Source: a virus
Length of the DNA stretch: 46,238 bases
IMG/VR virus record: IMGVR_UViG_3300033141_002325
Span: 1-46,238 of that record
Direction: 5' to 3' (one strand)
Shown one piece after another: positions 17,816-27,480 of this stretch. Under the pieces are notes generated by a model that worked only from the letters and a program-made list of their open reading frames with translations, searched no databases and was not told where the DNA came from. A program made the translations under genes and the position numbers. Each line of letters opens with the position of its first letter. The first letter of the stretch is position 1.

Positions 17816-18754
17816 ATGGAACTAGTTAAGCGCTATGATCCTTATATGGATCAAGGATGGATAAACTGCCATTGTAAAGGTGGAGGTGGAGGAAGTAGTG
17901 GTAAGGTAGATTATCCAGAATATATGAAGACTGTACATGAGACATGGCTAGGTGAGATGTCTGATTTTATTACTGTTGCTACTACAGGGGCAAGTCCTTT
18001 TGCAGCAATGACTGCTTATGATCCTGCTACAAGAATAGCAGCTGCTGATACAGCAGTATGTGCGTTTAATACTGTGGTTGACGCACTTGATCATGATGCA
18101 GATTGGGAAGCTGCAGTTGATACGGTGGTAGCAAAGGCGGATGCAGCTGTATTTGATGATACTTATATTGATGCAGATGTAGCGGCATTTGCGGCTTTAG
18201 AAGATGATCAAATCACTAATGATATTCTTCCTGCTTTTCAGACTGGGATGAGAGATGTTAATGCAGTTTATTCCTCAGCCTTTGTCATGGGCGAGGCACA
18301 TATCTATGCGATGAGAGATAGAGATGTTGCCAAGTATACGTCAGAACTTAAGCTTAAGTTGAATCATCAGAGAATTGAGTTTATTAGAACTTCTGTTGAC
18401 ACGTTGATTAGTTCTCTCATGAAACGTGTAGAACTTGAGCAAGCAGTTGCCCATTATACTATTGAATCTAATAGAATTGGAATAATAGCCTTCAAAGAAC
18501 AGGATGAGCAAGACTTGAACATTGCTGATATAGACGCTCGATGGGATATGGATGTTTATCAGTATGGAGCTAACTTACTTGCTGGAATAGGAGGAGGTTC
18601 TGGTGTAGCTGGAGGACAGGCTCAGATGAGCAAGACTCAGTCTGCTCTGTCCGGAGCAGCAGCTGGAGCTGCAATGGGTACTGCTATTAGTCCAGGTTAT
18701 GGAACTGCTATTGGTGCAGTAGTTGGTGGAGTTTATGGTTATATGAGTGCTTAA
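17816..18754 (+). CDS. Hypothetical virion protein with a Gly/Ala-rich hydrophobic C-terminus
   Basis: 312 aa with RBS aggaggagg. The C-terminus reads GIGGGSGVAGGQ...AAAGAAMGTAISPGYGTAIGAVVGGVYGYMSA. Confidence 0.55.
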   Translation: MELVKRYDPYMDQGWINCHCKGGGGGSSGKVDYPEYMKTVHETWLGEMSDFITVATTGASPFAAMTAYDPATRIAAADTAVCAFNTVVDALDHDADWEAAVDTVVAKADAAVFDDTYIDADVAAFAALEDDQITNDILPAFQTGMRDVNAVYSSAFVMGEAHIYAMRDRDVAKYTSELKLKLNHQRIEFIRTSVDTLISSLMKRVELEQAVAHYTIESNRIGIIAFKEQDEQDLNIADIDARWDMDVYQYGANLLAGIGGGSGVAGGQAQMSKTQSALSGAAAGAAMGTAISPGYGTAIGAVVGGVYGYMSA

Positions 18755-18767
18755 AGGAGGTAATGAT

Positions 18768-19973
18768 ATGAATGGACAAGGAACAAATTTCTGGGGAGAT
18801 TTAGGTCAGCGTATGGCTTCTCCTGAAATGGGAGTTATGTACGGGAATGTTGCACAAGGTATGGCTCCTCAAGGAACATGGCAAAGTGCTGTAGGTGGGG
18901 CAGGTGCTGGAGCAATCAAGTCTCAAATTGCTTCTAAAGCAGCTACTGAGGAAGCAGAAAAGCAAAGGCTTTATGATGAGGCTTTTATGAAACTTGCTGG
19001 AATGGATCATACAGACCAAAAGATGGGAAGAGGAACTAAAACAACTTTTGGGCCTGGTAATAAAGTAGTTCATGAGGGTATGCTAGGTGAGGGAATGGGA
19101 TCTTTTGGTATGAATCAAGGTGTGGCTAATCCGCAGGAAATGAGGCCTATTGGATCTACTCCAGAGTATGTTCCTGGAGGGTCTCCAGGACCTTCTGGAA
19201 ATGTAGGAGAAATGCTCGCAAATTTTCCCGCTAGTTCTGCAAGTGGAGGCGTTAATCTTGCAGGGCTGACACCACAGGAAATTAACGCCATCATGGGACA
19301 GAGAGCAACAACTGAACAGTTGAACTTGGCTAAGGCAAAAAGTCTTTATGAGATGAATGCTCCGAAGAAAGGCCAAGTTGTAGCTGGTAAGGACTTCCAT
19401 TGGAGAATCAATCCTTACACTGGTGAAGCAGAGAAGACAGCAATTCCTGCTTATCATGCTCCTACTTATCCTCCTGGATATGCGGCAAGTGTTACACCTA
19501 AAACGGTTAAGTGGTGGGATAAGGAAGGAAAGTCTCATACTACTAGCGTAATGCCTAATCAATATAATAGCTTTGCTACTAGTGTGGAAGCAGCTGGAGG
19601 TCAGCTTGGTGAGCAGCCAGGGCAAATTACTGAGGAAACGAAATTCAAAGAGGATCGAGCCAAGAGGCATTCTGCTGCTCTAATGACTGTAGGGAAAGGT
19701 GATGAGAGTGATGAGGCTAGAATGGCAGTACCTGAATTGAATAGGACTTCGCCAGATAGTTCCACTACTGCTTGGTTCTGGAAAGAGCCTAGCTTTTTCA
19801 AGCCTGAATATGACTTGCCCTTTATAGGTAAGCGTAAGGAAGGAGCACAGAAGGTTGAGCTTCCTAAGTACAAAGGTAAGCAACTTAATATGGGTAATGT
19901 GAGAAGTCTTATGGATAAGTTTGGAATCTCTGCTAAAGATGTTATAGATAAAATCAACGAGGTAAACAAATGA
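18768..19973 (+). CDS. Hypothetical virion protein
   Basis: The track ORF starts at GTG 18747. ATG 18768 lies 7 nt after aaaggagg. About 401 aa, rich in Gly/Met/Pro. Confidence 0.55.
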   Translation: MNGQGTNFWGDLGQRMASPEMGVMYGNVAQGMAPQGTWQSAVGGAGAGAIKSQIASKAATEEAEKQRLYDEAFMKLAGMDHTDQKMGRGTKTTFGPGNKVVHEGMLGEGMGSFGMNQGVANPQEMRPIGSTPEYVPGGSPGPSGNVGEMLANFPASSASGGVNLAGLTPQEINAIMGQRATTEQLNLAKAKSLYEMNAPKKGQVVAGKDFHWRINPYTGEAEKTAIPAYHAPTYPPGYAASVTPKTVKWWDKEGKSHTTSVMPNQYNSFATSVEAAGGQLGEQPGQITEETKFKEDRAKRHSAALMTVGKGDESDEARMAVPELNRTSPDSSTTAWFWKEPSFFKPEYDLPFIGKRKEGAQKVELPKYKGKQLNMGNVRSLMDKFGISAKDVIDKINEVNK

Positions 19974-22900
19974 ACGAACAGTTTACAGATGCTCTTGAAG
20001 AGGTTCTTGGTGGGAGTAGAGAAAGCAGGAGAGACGAAGGATTTGTAAGTGCTCTTGATGAAGTTCTTGGGGAAAGACCTGTAAGTGCTCCTTCTATTAG
20101 ACCTCCTGAAGAGGAAGAAGGGGGAGTGACTCCTCCTGGAGAGATTCCTCTTTGGGAGATGTCTAAGTTCGAGAAACTTCCGTCAGTTCTTCCTAAGCCT
20201 GCAGGAACGGTTGAGGATGTAGATGTTGAAGGTGGGCTTAGGATGCTTGGAGGATTAGGTCCAATGACTACTCCTGCTCCACCTGAACAAGAGTATGAAG
20301 AGCGTCCTCCTGGGATTTATCAAGGGAAACCAGAACCTACTCTTCGAGGAGCTTATGAGAAATCTGTTCAAGCTTTTCTTGATGAGGCAGCAGGTGGAAT
20401 TCCTAGAGCTATGCCAGGTTACGAAGAAGTAAAGCCTGTAGGTTGGGAACATCTACCTGTTGGTGGAGCTGCTGCAGCTGGACTAATTGTAGGCCTTCCT
20501 GGGATGGCAGCTAAACTTGGGACGAGATTTATGTCCAAGATTCCTCAGCTTATATTAAAAGGTCATGAAGGAGTTATAACTAGAACCATTAAAACTATGG
20601 CTAAGGAAACTCCTGGTATGTCAGCTCTTGGAACAGTAGCAGCTATTGGCGAGGCATTGAAGCAGGACAATTGGGAAGATGCTACTGATGTTCTTTGGCG
20701 TGGTACTAAAGGTGGAACTATGATGGGTCTCACCTTTGCAGGCACGAGAGGAGTTTTTTGGAGACCTCAGAAGGATAGAATCAAACGTCTTGCAGCTGGT
20801 ATGGCCTTGCTTGATTTTCAACGTGGAGCACAGCCTTTTGATGATAGAGAATTTTGGGAAAAGACTAAGGACTATGCTGTTGATAGTTTCTTCCTTTGGG
20901 GAGGGCTTCATAATACGTTTGAAGGATTGGAGAAAGAAGTTGGTAAGAGACTTAAAGAAGAAAAGCTTGACGAGAGACTGAAAAAAGAGATTAAGAAAGA
21001 AGAGATAAAGAAAGAAGAAGTCAATAAAGCTAATCCTTATTACACTCTTTCGGATAGAGTAGTTGAAAAAGACGCTGAGCTCAAGCGTCCTGAGGCTGTA
21101 CAAGAGTGGGAGAGAAGGCAGAAGTTGAAGGAGGAAGAAGCAGAAGGAATTCCTGAGTTCGAGCCTGGCGAACAAGTTGAGAAAGCTCCTAAAGGAAAAG
21201 TCTCTAGGAATGGCAAGTACTTAGGCAGTGCGAGGAAGCTAAAACGAAAGCTTGGGAGAGATAGATATTATGCTGTTCTTAAAAGTCTTGGGATTGAGAA
21301 GTCTAATCAGGTTATGAAGAAGTCTGAGCAGGCTAAGGTTCTCAAGGCGTTGGAGAAGGGATTGGAAAAACCTAAGGTTGAAATTGAGGAGCCTAAGGTT
21401 GAAGAACCTAAAGTTGAAAAGCCAGAAGTGAAGGCTGAAGAGCCTACCGCAGAAGAAATAGCAACAGAACTTCCTGATCAATTAGAGCTTGAGCCTGAGA
21501 GGGCTATGGAGCAGGTTGAGGAAGCAAAGAAGAAGGTGGCTGAAGGAAAGGCTTCTAAAATTGTTGAAGGGATAAGAGCAAGGAGAGAGGAGAGGGAGAG
21601 GGAGACGAAGGAACTACCGCTGGAGATTGAGGAACCTGCGGAGGAAGTCAAGAAGGGTAGAGCATCTACAGTAGAGGACACAGCAAAACTACAAGATGCT
21701 TTTATGAAATTACCTTTTGGACAGAGAGCAACTATTTTAGCAGAGGGGGGAATAGAGCCTTTAGATACATTAGATCAAGCTACTATTGTAGACTCAATGT
21801 ATGATATAAGGAAAGTATATAAGTCAAATCCTGAAGAAATGAGAAGAGGCATAGAACTAAGTAAGAAACTAGCAGATGAAACTATTACGGACGAAGAGAT
21901 AACTGAGTTATTTGCCTTGTCTTCAGAGGTGCGTATTCAAGCAGGTAAGTTAGTTATGTATGCTGATAAGCCATATACGTTCTGGGATCTGACTAAAGAC
22001 GGTGTGATAGTTTCCTCTAAGGGTAAGTTGAGAGAATTCGGTTGGAGTGAGCAAGGTGTTGCGGATGCTAGGAAGGTCGAGAGAGAAGCTGAGGAACCCT
22101 TTGGGGAAAAACCCACCATAGAGGAACCCACTCGAACTATTCCTGAAACTCCTGAGGATGTAGATACTACTCGAAGAAACATTGCTAGTCAGGTGCAGAG
22201 GTTTCGCAAGGGAGAGGATCTGGATATAGATGAAATTGAGGCTAGCGCAGAGCTTCTTAACGTGAGTAGGAATGAAGGAGACTTTGATGAGCCTTGGGAG
22301 TACGAACAATTCAAGGAGCTTAATGAAACAGTTCTTGACTTGATTCGCAAAGTCAGAGAAGAGAAGGGACTCGTTCGTGAAGAAGCTGAGCAAAAGATGA
22401 GAGATAGAGTCCTTGAGGAGACAGAAGATCTTCTTGAGGCAGAGAGCTTGGAGGATCTTAGGGAGACTAGAATTAAGAAAGGTTATGAAGAAGAAGCTGA
22501 AGATTGGGAGCGTAGGCTTGCAGAAGAAGGGATGCCTGAAGAGCTTACGTTTGATATGTTAGGTCAGCAACAAATTTATGAAAAAGCTCTTGACATTTAC
22601 AAGAAAGCTCCATCGCTTGAAAATCTTAAGAAAATTTCTCGTGGAATTATGCTTGAAGGAAAGGTCAAGTATGTTGAGTTCCGAAGGAGGATGAAAGAAA
22701 TAACTGGTGATCTTTGGGAGTCAGTCAAAGGGTTTGTGAAAGATGCTTGGAATGCAGCTAAAGAGTGGAATGAGAAGGTTGGAAAGAGAGGAAGGGTTGT
22801 CCTAACGAGAGGAACTCCTAATAAACGTTTAGCCAGAATAATGAGAAATGAAGATATTTCAGCTAAAGAAGCTTTAAGTGAGAAACAAAATCTTAAAGAT

Positions 22901-25381
22901 CAACTATTGAAAGGTGTTAAGTCTGGAGAGTTTGAAGGAGCAGTCAGATTTGGTAATGTAAGCGAGTTAAAAACTATTGCTAAAACAGGAAGATTAGCTA
23001 TTAGTGATGAGTATGGAGTGGTTCATGCTCAGCCTATTTTGGGAAGAGAAGATACAACCTTTGCAGCTTATGGTTCATACAGTAAGCATAATATAGCTAT
23101 GGTTATTCCCGAAGAGTTTGTGCGAGTTGATCCTGAGGCTAAAACTAAAGAAGTATTAATAGATCCTAAGACTCCTGTAGAAAGAATTACCTTTCTTGTC
23201 GGACAAGAAGATGTGCCTGTTAAGTTCGATGACTTAATAGGGGCAGAAAGAAAGGATGTTTCAGATACTACTGTTGACTTCCTCGGTATGCAGCAACTAT
23301 TCGAGGCGATCGCAGATAGAGTATCTTCGGAAAGAGCGGAACGTAAAGCACTAACTAAACAGGCCATCAAACGTAGAGAGAAGAAAGCTCCTAGAGCGAC
23401 AGAGGTGGATATAAATGATATAAGAGGATTAGGAAGAATTAGGGATCTTGATGACAAAGAGACACTGAAAGTAGTAAGAAATATCTTTGGTTATAAGAAA
23501 GGCTTTGAAGATTTGTCGACGGAGGAGGCTGACTTAGTTAAGCTCAAGCTCATTCAGATGGAGCCTAAGGAGCCGATGGAGAATGAGAAAATAGTTTATG
23601 ATAATCCTGATATTAAGGACTCTACAAAGAAAGCTCTCAAGCGTGCCGTTAAAGTTTATGATGTAGATGATGTAGAATTGGGTGATTATCTAGACCTCTG
23701 TACCAAGGGTGATAAGCTTACTAATGAAGACGCTAACCTGGCTGTCTCACTTATTAGAGCAGTTAATGAAATAAGACCTGATCAAGGAAGAGTTATATGG
23801 GCTTATCTTGCTCCCGCCAAGCGATTGTTTGGTGAAAAGTTTATGGAGCCTATGAGAAGAGCAGAGGTTCAAAGGTTAGATGTTCTTATTCCTGGAAACA
23901 AGAAGATAATCAGTCTGTTTCATGGGCTTAATACAAATAGTAGGGAAGCTGTTTCGAAACTTCTTGAAGGAGATTTAGCGAGAGAGGATCTGAGTCCTCA
24001 AGAGCTTGCGGCAGCAGATGGAATGAAAGAGCTCTATAGACAGTGGTGGGAAGACTTTGGGATTGAGGGTTATATTGAAGAGTACAGTCCTAACCTTCCT
24101 AAGTTCAGAAAGCAAGAGGACTTAATTAACTGGGCTTTTTCCAGAAGGGGACTGAAAGAGTTTGACTTCTGGGCTGAGCATGAGAGAACTGGTGAACTGG
24201 ATGCTAAGGAACTGGACGGAAGAAAGTTAGCCCAGGCTTATTTGAGAGCTGGATTAGCCAAGAAGTTTTATAGCAAGGCTTTGGAAGAAGCTAAGCCTAT
24301 TATTGAAGCGATGAGTCCTGAGCGTGCGACTCTTGCTAAGAAGTGGATTGACACTGTCATTAAAAAGAGACCTACTGCTGATGAGATTGTGGCTAATAGA
24401 TTTATTAAAGGGCTGATGAAAAAAGCTGGAGTGAAAGTGGATGAAAACGCCAGGTATTATCGTCAACTTGTTAGCTCAGTCCTTGATCTGAACTACTCAG
24501 CTTATATGGGTATGAGACCTAAACTAGCACTCAGAAACTTGACTCAGCAATTCTTAATTATGAATGAGTTTGGTTATGGAAACTATTTGAGAGGGAGAAT
24601 AGGAAAAGGTAGAGATGATGTCAAAGCTGCTCTTGAAAACTCTGATGTTTATAAGCTTCGTAAGAAGCAGTACTTGGTTGTGGAAGATGAGATCAATAGA
24701 ATAAGTGACCTTCCTGCTGACCTCCGTCAGAAGATGATGTGGTTTTATCGCAAAGCTGATATAGATAATGTAGAAGTTGCATTTGCTACAGGTTATTTGA
24801 ATGCCAAGAAAGCTCGTCCTAACCTGCCCGAGTCCTATGCAATTAGAGCTGGTGAGAAAGCTATCCATAATACTCAGTGGGGTTACGGAATGGATCTTCC
24901 TTACTTGTTCAAGACTCCTACTGGAAAGTTCGTTGGACAGTATATGTCCTGGCCTATTTGGTACGGAGATCATATGATAAGGATGATTAAGGAAAGACAC
25001 GGAGCTAAGGCTGCAAGGACAGCTGCTCAAATGGTTATCATAGGATTGTTGCTTGAGAACTTTGACATAGATTACACTAGGACAGTTCTCCTTGGAGTCA
25101 TGCCTGAGTCATTAGGTTTTGGAGCTCAGAGCGTTATTAACATTGTGAAACTTATTAAGTCATTAGGAACCTTTGACTCAGGAAAAATGGAGCAAGCTGG
25201 AAAGAAAGTTTGGAAAGATGTTATTTTAGGCCTTGCCCCTGGTTATCTTGCAGCTAAGGACATTAAGAAGTTTGCAGAAGGAAGTCCAGAAGAACTGTTC
25301 CTCTATATGAGGAAGAGAAAGAAAAGTAAGGGAGGAGGACTAGGAACATTAGGCTCGATGGGAAAGCTTGGAAGTCTTTAG
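19970..25381 (+). CDS. Giant (1803 aa) internal virion / DNA-ejection protein candidate
   Basis: The ATGA overlap couples it to the previous gene. It has E/K-rich low-complexity blocks (KPKVEIEEPKVEEPKVEKPEVKAEEP) and hydrophobic segments at both ends. It is the last gene of the structural arm, and the call rests on size and position. Confidence 0.5.
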   Translation: MNEQFTDALEEVLGGSRESRRDEGFVSALDEVLGERPVSAPSIRPPEEEEGGVTPPGEIPLWEMSKFEKLPSVLPKPAGTVEDVDVEGGLRMLGGLGPMTTPAPPEQEYEERPPGIYQGKPEPTLRGAYEKSVQAFLDEAAGGIPRAMPGYEEVKPVGWEHLPVGGAAAAGLIVGLPGMAAKLGTRFMSKIPQLILKGHEGVITRTIKTMAKETPGMSALGTVAAIGEALKQDNWEDATDVLWRGTKGGTMMGLTFAGTRGVFWRPQKDRIKRLAAGMALLDFQRGAQPFDDREFWEKTKDYAVDSFFLWGGLHNTFEGLEKEVGKRLKEEKLDERLKKEIKKEEIKKEEVNKANPYYTLSDRVVEKDAELKRPEAVQEWERRQKLKEEEAEGIPEFEPGEQVEKAPKGKVSRNGKYLGSARKLKRKLGRDRYYAVLKSLGIEKSNQVMKKSEQAKVLKALEKGLEKPKVEIEEPKVEEPKVEKPEVKAEEPTAEEIATELPDQLELEPERAMEQVEEAKKKVAEGKASKIVEGIRARREERERETKELPLEIEEPAEEVKKGRASTVEDTAKLQDAFMKLPFGQRATILAEGGIEPLDTLDQATIVDSMYDIRKVYKSNPEEMRRGIELSKKLADETITDEEITELFALSSEVRIQAGKLVMYADKPYTFWDLTKDGVIVSSKGKLREFGWSEQGVADARKVEREAEEPFGEKPTIEEPTRTIPETPEDVDTTRRNIASQVQRFRKGEDLDIDEIEASAELLNVSRNEGDFDEPWEYEQFKELNETVLDLIRKVREEKGLVREEAEQKMRDRVLEETEDLLEAESLEDLRETRIKKGYEEEAEDWERRLAEEGMPEELTFDMLGQQQIYEKALDIYKKAPSLENLKKISRGIMLEGKVKYVEFRRRMKEITGDLWESVKGFVKDAWNAAKEWNEKVGKRGRVVLTRGTPNKRLARIMRNEDISAKEALSEKQNLKDQLLKGVKSGEFEGAVRFGNVSELKTIAKTGRLAISDEYGVVHAQPILGREDTTFAAYGSYSKHNIAMVIPEEFVRVDPEAKTKEVLIDPKTPVERITFLVGQEDVPVKFDDLIGAERKDVSDTTVDFLGMQQLFEAIADRVSSERAERKALTKQAIKRREKKAPRATEVDINDIRGLGRIRDLDDKETLKVVRNIFGYKKGFEDLSTEEADLVKLKLIQMEPKEPMENEKIVYDNPDIKDSTKKALKRAVKVYDVDDVELGDYLDLCTKGDKLTNEDANLAVSLIRAVNEIRPDQGRVIWAYLAPAKRLFGEKFMEPMRRAEVQRLDVLIPGNKKIISLFHGLNTNSREAVSKLLEGDLAREDLSPQELAAADGMKELYRQWWEDFGIEGYIEEYSPNLPKFRKQEDLINWAFSRRGLKEFDFWAEHERTGELDAKELDGRKLAQAYLRAGLAKKFYSKALEEAKPIIEAMSPERATLAKKWIDTVIKKRPTADEIVANRFIKGLMKKAGVKVDENARYYRQLVSSVLDLNYSAYMGMRPKLALRNLTQQFLIMNEFGYGNYLRGRIGKGRDDVKAALENSDVYKLRKKQYLVVEDEINRISDLPADLRQKMMWFYRKADIDNVEVAFATGYLNAKKARPNLPESYAIRAGEKAIHNTQWGYGMDLPYLFKTPTGKFVGQYMSWPIWYGDHMIRMIKERHGAKAARTAAQMVIIGLLLENFDIDYTRTVLLGVMPESLGFGAQSVINIVKLIKSLGTFDSGKMEQAGKKVWKDVILGLAPGYLAAKDIKKFAEGSPEELFLYMRKRKKSKGGGLGTLGSMGKLGSL
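22099..22121 (+). repeat. Degenerate in-frame copy of the quasi-palindrome inside the 1803-aa gene
   Basis: CTTTGGGGAAAAACCCACCATAG. It has the same G4-N7-CACC variant as copies 4 and 7 and is bracketed by a 9-nt direct repeat GAGGAACCC (22091-22099 and 22121-22129). Confidence 0.4.
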
Positions 25382-25546
25382 AAGAAACTCTTCTGAGTGT
25401 TTCTGCTTGAAATAGATCTTTCCCACGCCTCCACACTCGAAGCATCTTCTACTTCCATAGCCAATCAAACTAATCTTCCCTGTACCTCTACAATGCTTAC
25501 AGGGAAGACTAGTTATCCATTCCATCTTTGGTGATTTATTCCCCAT
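25349..25546 (-). CDS. DnaJ-type cysteine-rich zinc-finger micro-protein
   Basis: 65 aa with two CxxCxGxG motifs (CKHCRGTG, CFECGGVG). The first ATG lies inside palindrome copy 4, with an alternative ATG at 25525. The 3' end overlaps the convergent 1803-aa gene by 33 nt. Confidence 0.6.
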   Translation of the reverse strand: MGNKSPKMEWITSLPCKHCRGTGKISLIGYGSRRCFECGGVGKIYFKQKHSEEFLLKTSKLSHRA

Positions 25547-25548
25547 AG
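25526..25548 (-). repeat. G4-N7-C4 quasi-palindrome, copy 4 (GGTG variant)
   Basis: The plus strand reads CTTTGGTGATTTATTCCCCATAG. The minus strand reads CTATGGGGAATAAATCACCAAAG and lies 1 nt after the stop of 25550..25687. Confidence 0.75.
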
Positions 25549-25549
25549 A

Positions 25550-25687
25550 TTAATTTCTTCCTTCTTTCCAAGCCTTTCCTTTTTTCATTCTCCATTTACT
25601 TGCTTGTCGTGTTGTGGCAGGTAAGTTTATTTTAGAGCAAGCTTCTTTAAATTTTTGGTCTTTTTCTGCATATTCTTTATTTGTCAT
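25550..25687 (-). CDS. Small basic protein (45 aa), absent from the ORF track
   Basis: Reverse-strand ATG at 25687 overlaps the upstream stop (ATGA). Translation: MTNKEYAEKDQKFKEACSKINLPATTRQASKWRMKKGKAWKEGRN. Confidence 0.55.
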   Translation of the reverse strand: MTNKEYAEKDQKFKEACSKINLPATTRQASKWRMKKGKAWKEGRN

Positions 25688-25941
25688 TTCCCTTCTCCCT
25701 TCTGCCAGATCAATGCCTCAGCAACTGCAATCTTGGGATCACTATTATAAAAGTAATCCCATTGTATAATGCCCTTTTTCATAAATCCTGGACAGATAAA
25801 AACTATTCCCTTATAGGAATCTTTTTTAAGTGTATAATCTCCCTCCACCATATCAAGAAGTCCCTCAAGAGGTTTCCCCCATCCCTTAATCCCTGCTTTC
25901 CTCAGTTTCTTTGACCATTCAAGGTCGAGCGATAAGTTCAT
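25684..25941 (-). CDS. Hypothetical protein
   Basis: 85-aa ORF with RBS ggaggaagg upstream, in an operon-like series with its neighbours. Confidence 0.65.
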   Translation of the reverse strand: MNLSLDLEWSKKLRKAGIKGWGKPLEGLLDMVEGDYTLKKDSYKGIVFICPGFMKKGIIQWDYFYNSDPKIAVAEALIWQKGEGK

Positions 25942-25955
25942 TTTCCTTCCTCCTT

Positions 25956-27158
25956 CTACAATTCTAAGTCACTAACAAAACTTGAGTCTTTTTGACAAAC
26001 TATCATTGTTTGCCCTTCTTCAAATACTACTCTTATAAAGTTCATTGCTTCAAGAGACTCAATAATTCTTTGGAGCATAATCTTATCCACGTCACGATAG
26101 AACCTACCCATTAAGTGAGCAAACGTGCATCGCTTTTGAATCCCTATCTCCGTCATTACTCTATTAACAGTGTCAGCAGAACTAGATTTTCCAACTCCAC
26201 TAAACGTGTAAGGCATTTTTATCTCAGTCTCCTCCAACAATCTTATTGCTTTTTCCAAATCTTGTTTTTCAATTAGTAGCTTATTTGAGCGTGAGGCACT
26301 TAGAATAATACTCAGCTTCATTGCATGAGTAGGTCTACGCTCAAAGTATCCTGCAAATCTATCATCTTGAAAAGGAGGACTATCTTCCTGACTTGTGTAC
26401 CAAGCTATCCATAGATCAAGGAATTCAGGAGTGACTTGAAACTCTCCTTGAAGCATTTGAATCTGCTCGAGGTCCATCAAGAGTTCCTTCCTTAAGTTTA
26501 TTTCCTCTTCAGTAAGAAAAGGAACAGGTGCTATCTTGCCCTTCTTCTGCTCATAGATAAAGATCATTCTACTTGTGAGTCCGCCACCTATCGCATCTAA
26601 AGGAAGAGAAGTTTGGATTAGATCAGGAGTTGTAGCTCCAAAAAGATTAATCCAAATCCCTATGATATCATCCGTGCCCATACTCTTTGTTCGATAAGTC
26701 CAGCGTTTCCTACAATCATACCAGTCAGTTAGGTCACTCATTAACTGACGATTTTGATAACCAAGAAACACAGTAAGCTCCTGACTGTAAATAGTTAATG
26801 AAGCATGGAACTCGGTTCTTCCATCTGGATAAATAATAGTATCATTAGAATTCTTTATCTCCCTTATCAAGGATTCTCTAGTTGTTGCTTCAGCTGCTAA
26901 TTTTATGTCTAGGTCTTCTAGGAAATCCATTCCAGGACCCATTGCAGTTCCTTTTCTTGCTTTGCCAGACGGTGCCACAAGAACTACATAAAGATTAGGG
27001 TAAAATGTAAGTGTTCCCCACGGAAGAGAACACTTACGTTGCAAGGCAGAGGCAATCACACTTAGTGCTGTCCACACTTTGAAAAGTCGAGGAGGCTCCG
27101 AATTCTTTGTGTAGTCCAAGTAACTCTCTAGCCAGTCTTCCGTATGTCGTTCTAACAT
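25956..27158 (-). CDS. DUF3987-like putative replication ATPase/helicase
   Basis: 400 aa with a P-loop-like VLVAPSGKARKGTA. Its overall layout and position next to the polymerase resemble DUF3987 / primase-associated helicase proteins. This is recollection. Confidence 0.45.
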   Translation of the reverse strand: MLERHTEDWLESYLDYTKNSEPPRLFKVWTALSVIASALQRKCSLPWGTLTFYPNLYVVLVAPSGKARKGTAMGPGMDFLEDLDIKLAAEATTRESLIREIKNSNDTIIYPDGRTEFHASLTIYSQELTVFLGYQNRQLMSDLTDWYDCRKRWTYRTKSMGTDDIIGIWINLFGATTPDLIQTSLPLDAIGGGLTSRMIFIYEQKKGKIAPVPFLTEEEINLRKELLMDLEQIQMLQGEFQVTPEFLDLWIAWYTSQEDSPPFQDDRFAGYFERRPTHAMKLSIILSASRSNKLLIEKQDLEKAIRLLEETEIKMPYTFSGVGKSSSADTVNRVMTEIGIQKRCTFAHLMGRFYRDVDKIMLQRIIESLEAMNFIRVVFEEGQTMIVCQKDSSFVSDLEL

Positions 27159-27186
27159 TTTTACTCCTCATCTTCCTTACCTTCCA

Positions 27187-27480
27187 CTAAATAGCATTTT
27201 CATCAAGCTTGTGATCTCCGCACCAGTCGGTTAGGAAGACAACAGGGTAACCATTCATAGTAGGAGCATGTCTTCTACATCTTCCTACAGTGGTTGGTAA
27301 TGGTGATATAGGAGAAGTCTTTTTAACGAACCATATACATGTTCTACATATCATATTTCTACTTCTATGTTCCCAAGGATCTTTCACAAAGTAACCTTTT
27401 GGATCTGAATCTGATTCTGGCCTCGAAATTGGCGCATCGAGTTCTTCTATTTTCCTAATTTTTTCATTCTCCATCTTCAT
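27187..27480 (-). CDS. Hypothetical Cys-containing small protein
   Basis: 97 aa with CRTCIWF..GRCRRHAP..DWCGDHK. It overlaps the polymerase 3' end by 17 nt. Confidence 0.6.
   Translation of the reverse strand: MKMENEKIRKIEELDAPISRPESDSDPKGYFVKDPWEHRSRNMICRTCIWFVKKTSPISPLPTTVGRCRRHAPTMNGYPVVFLTDWCGDHKLDENAI

Noticed and set aside
19083-21175. Long minus-strand ORFs (19083..19670, 19601..19969, 20621..21175, and also 7291..7719 and 7526..7909)
   Set aside because: They are antisense to well-supported structural genes in repeat-rich or low-complexity coding sequence. They have no RBS and break the strand organisation of the arm.
19970-25381. The giant 1803-aa protein as a virion-packaged RNA polymerase (N4- or crAss-like)
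   Set aside because: I scanned the translation by eye and found no DxDGD-type or T7-like polymerase motifs. The sequence is dominated by E/K-rich low complexity. This remains untested by profile search.
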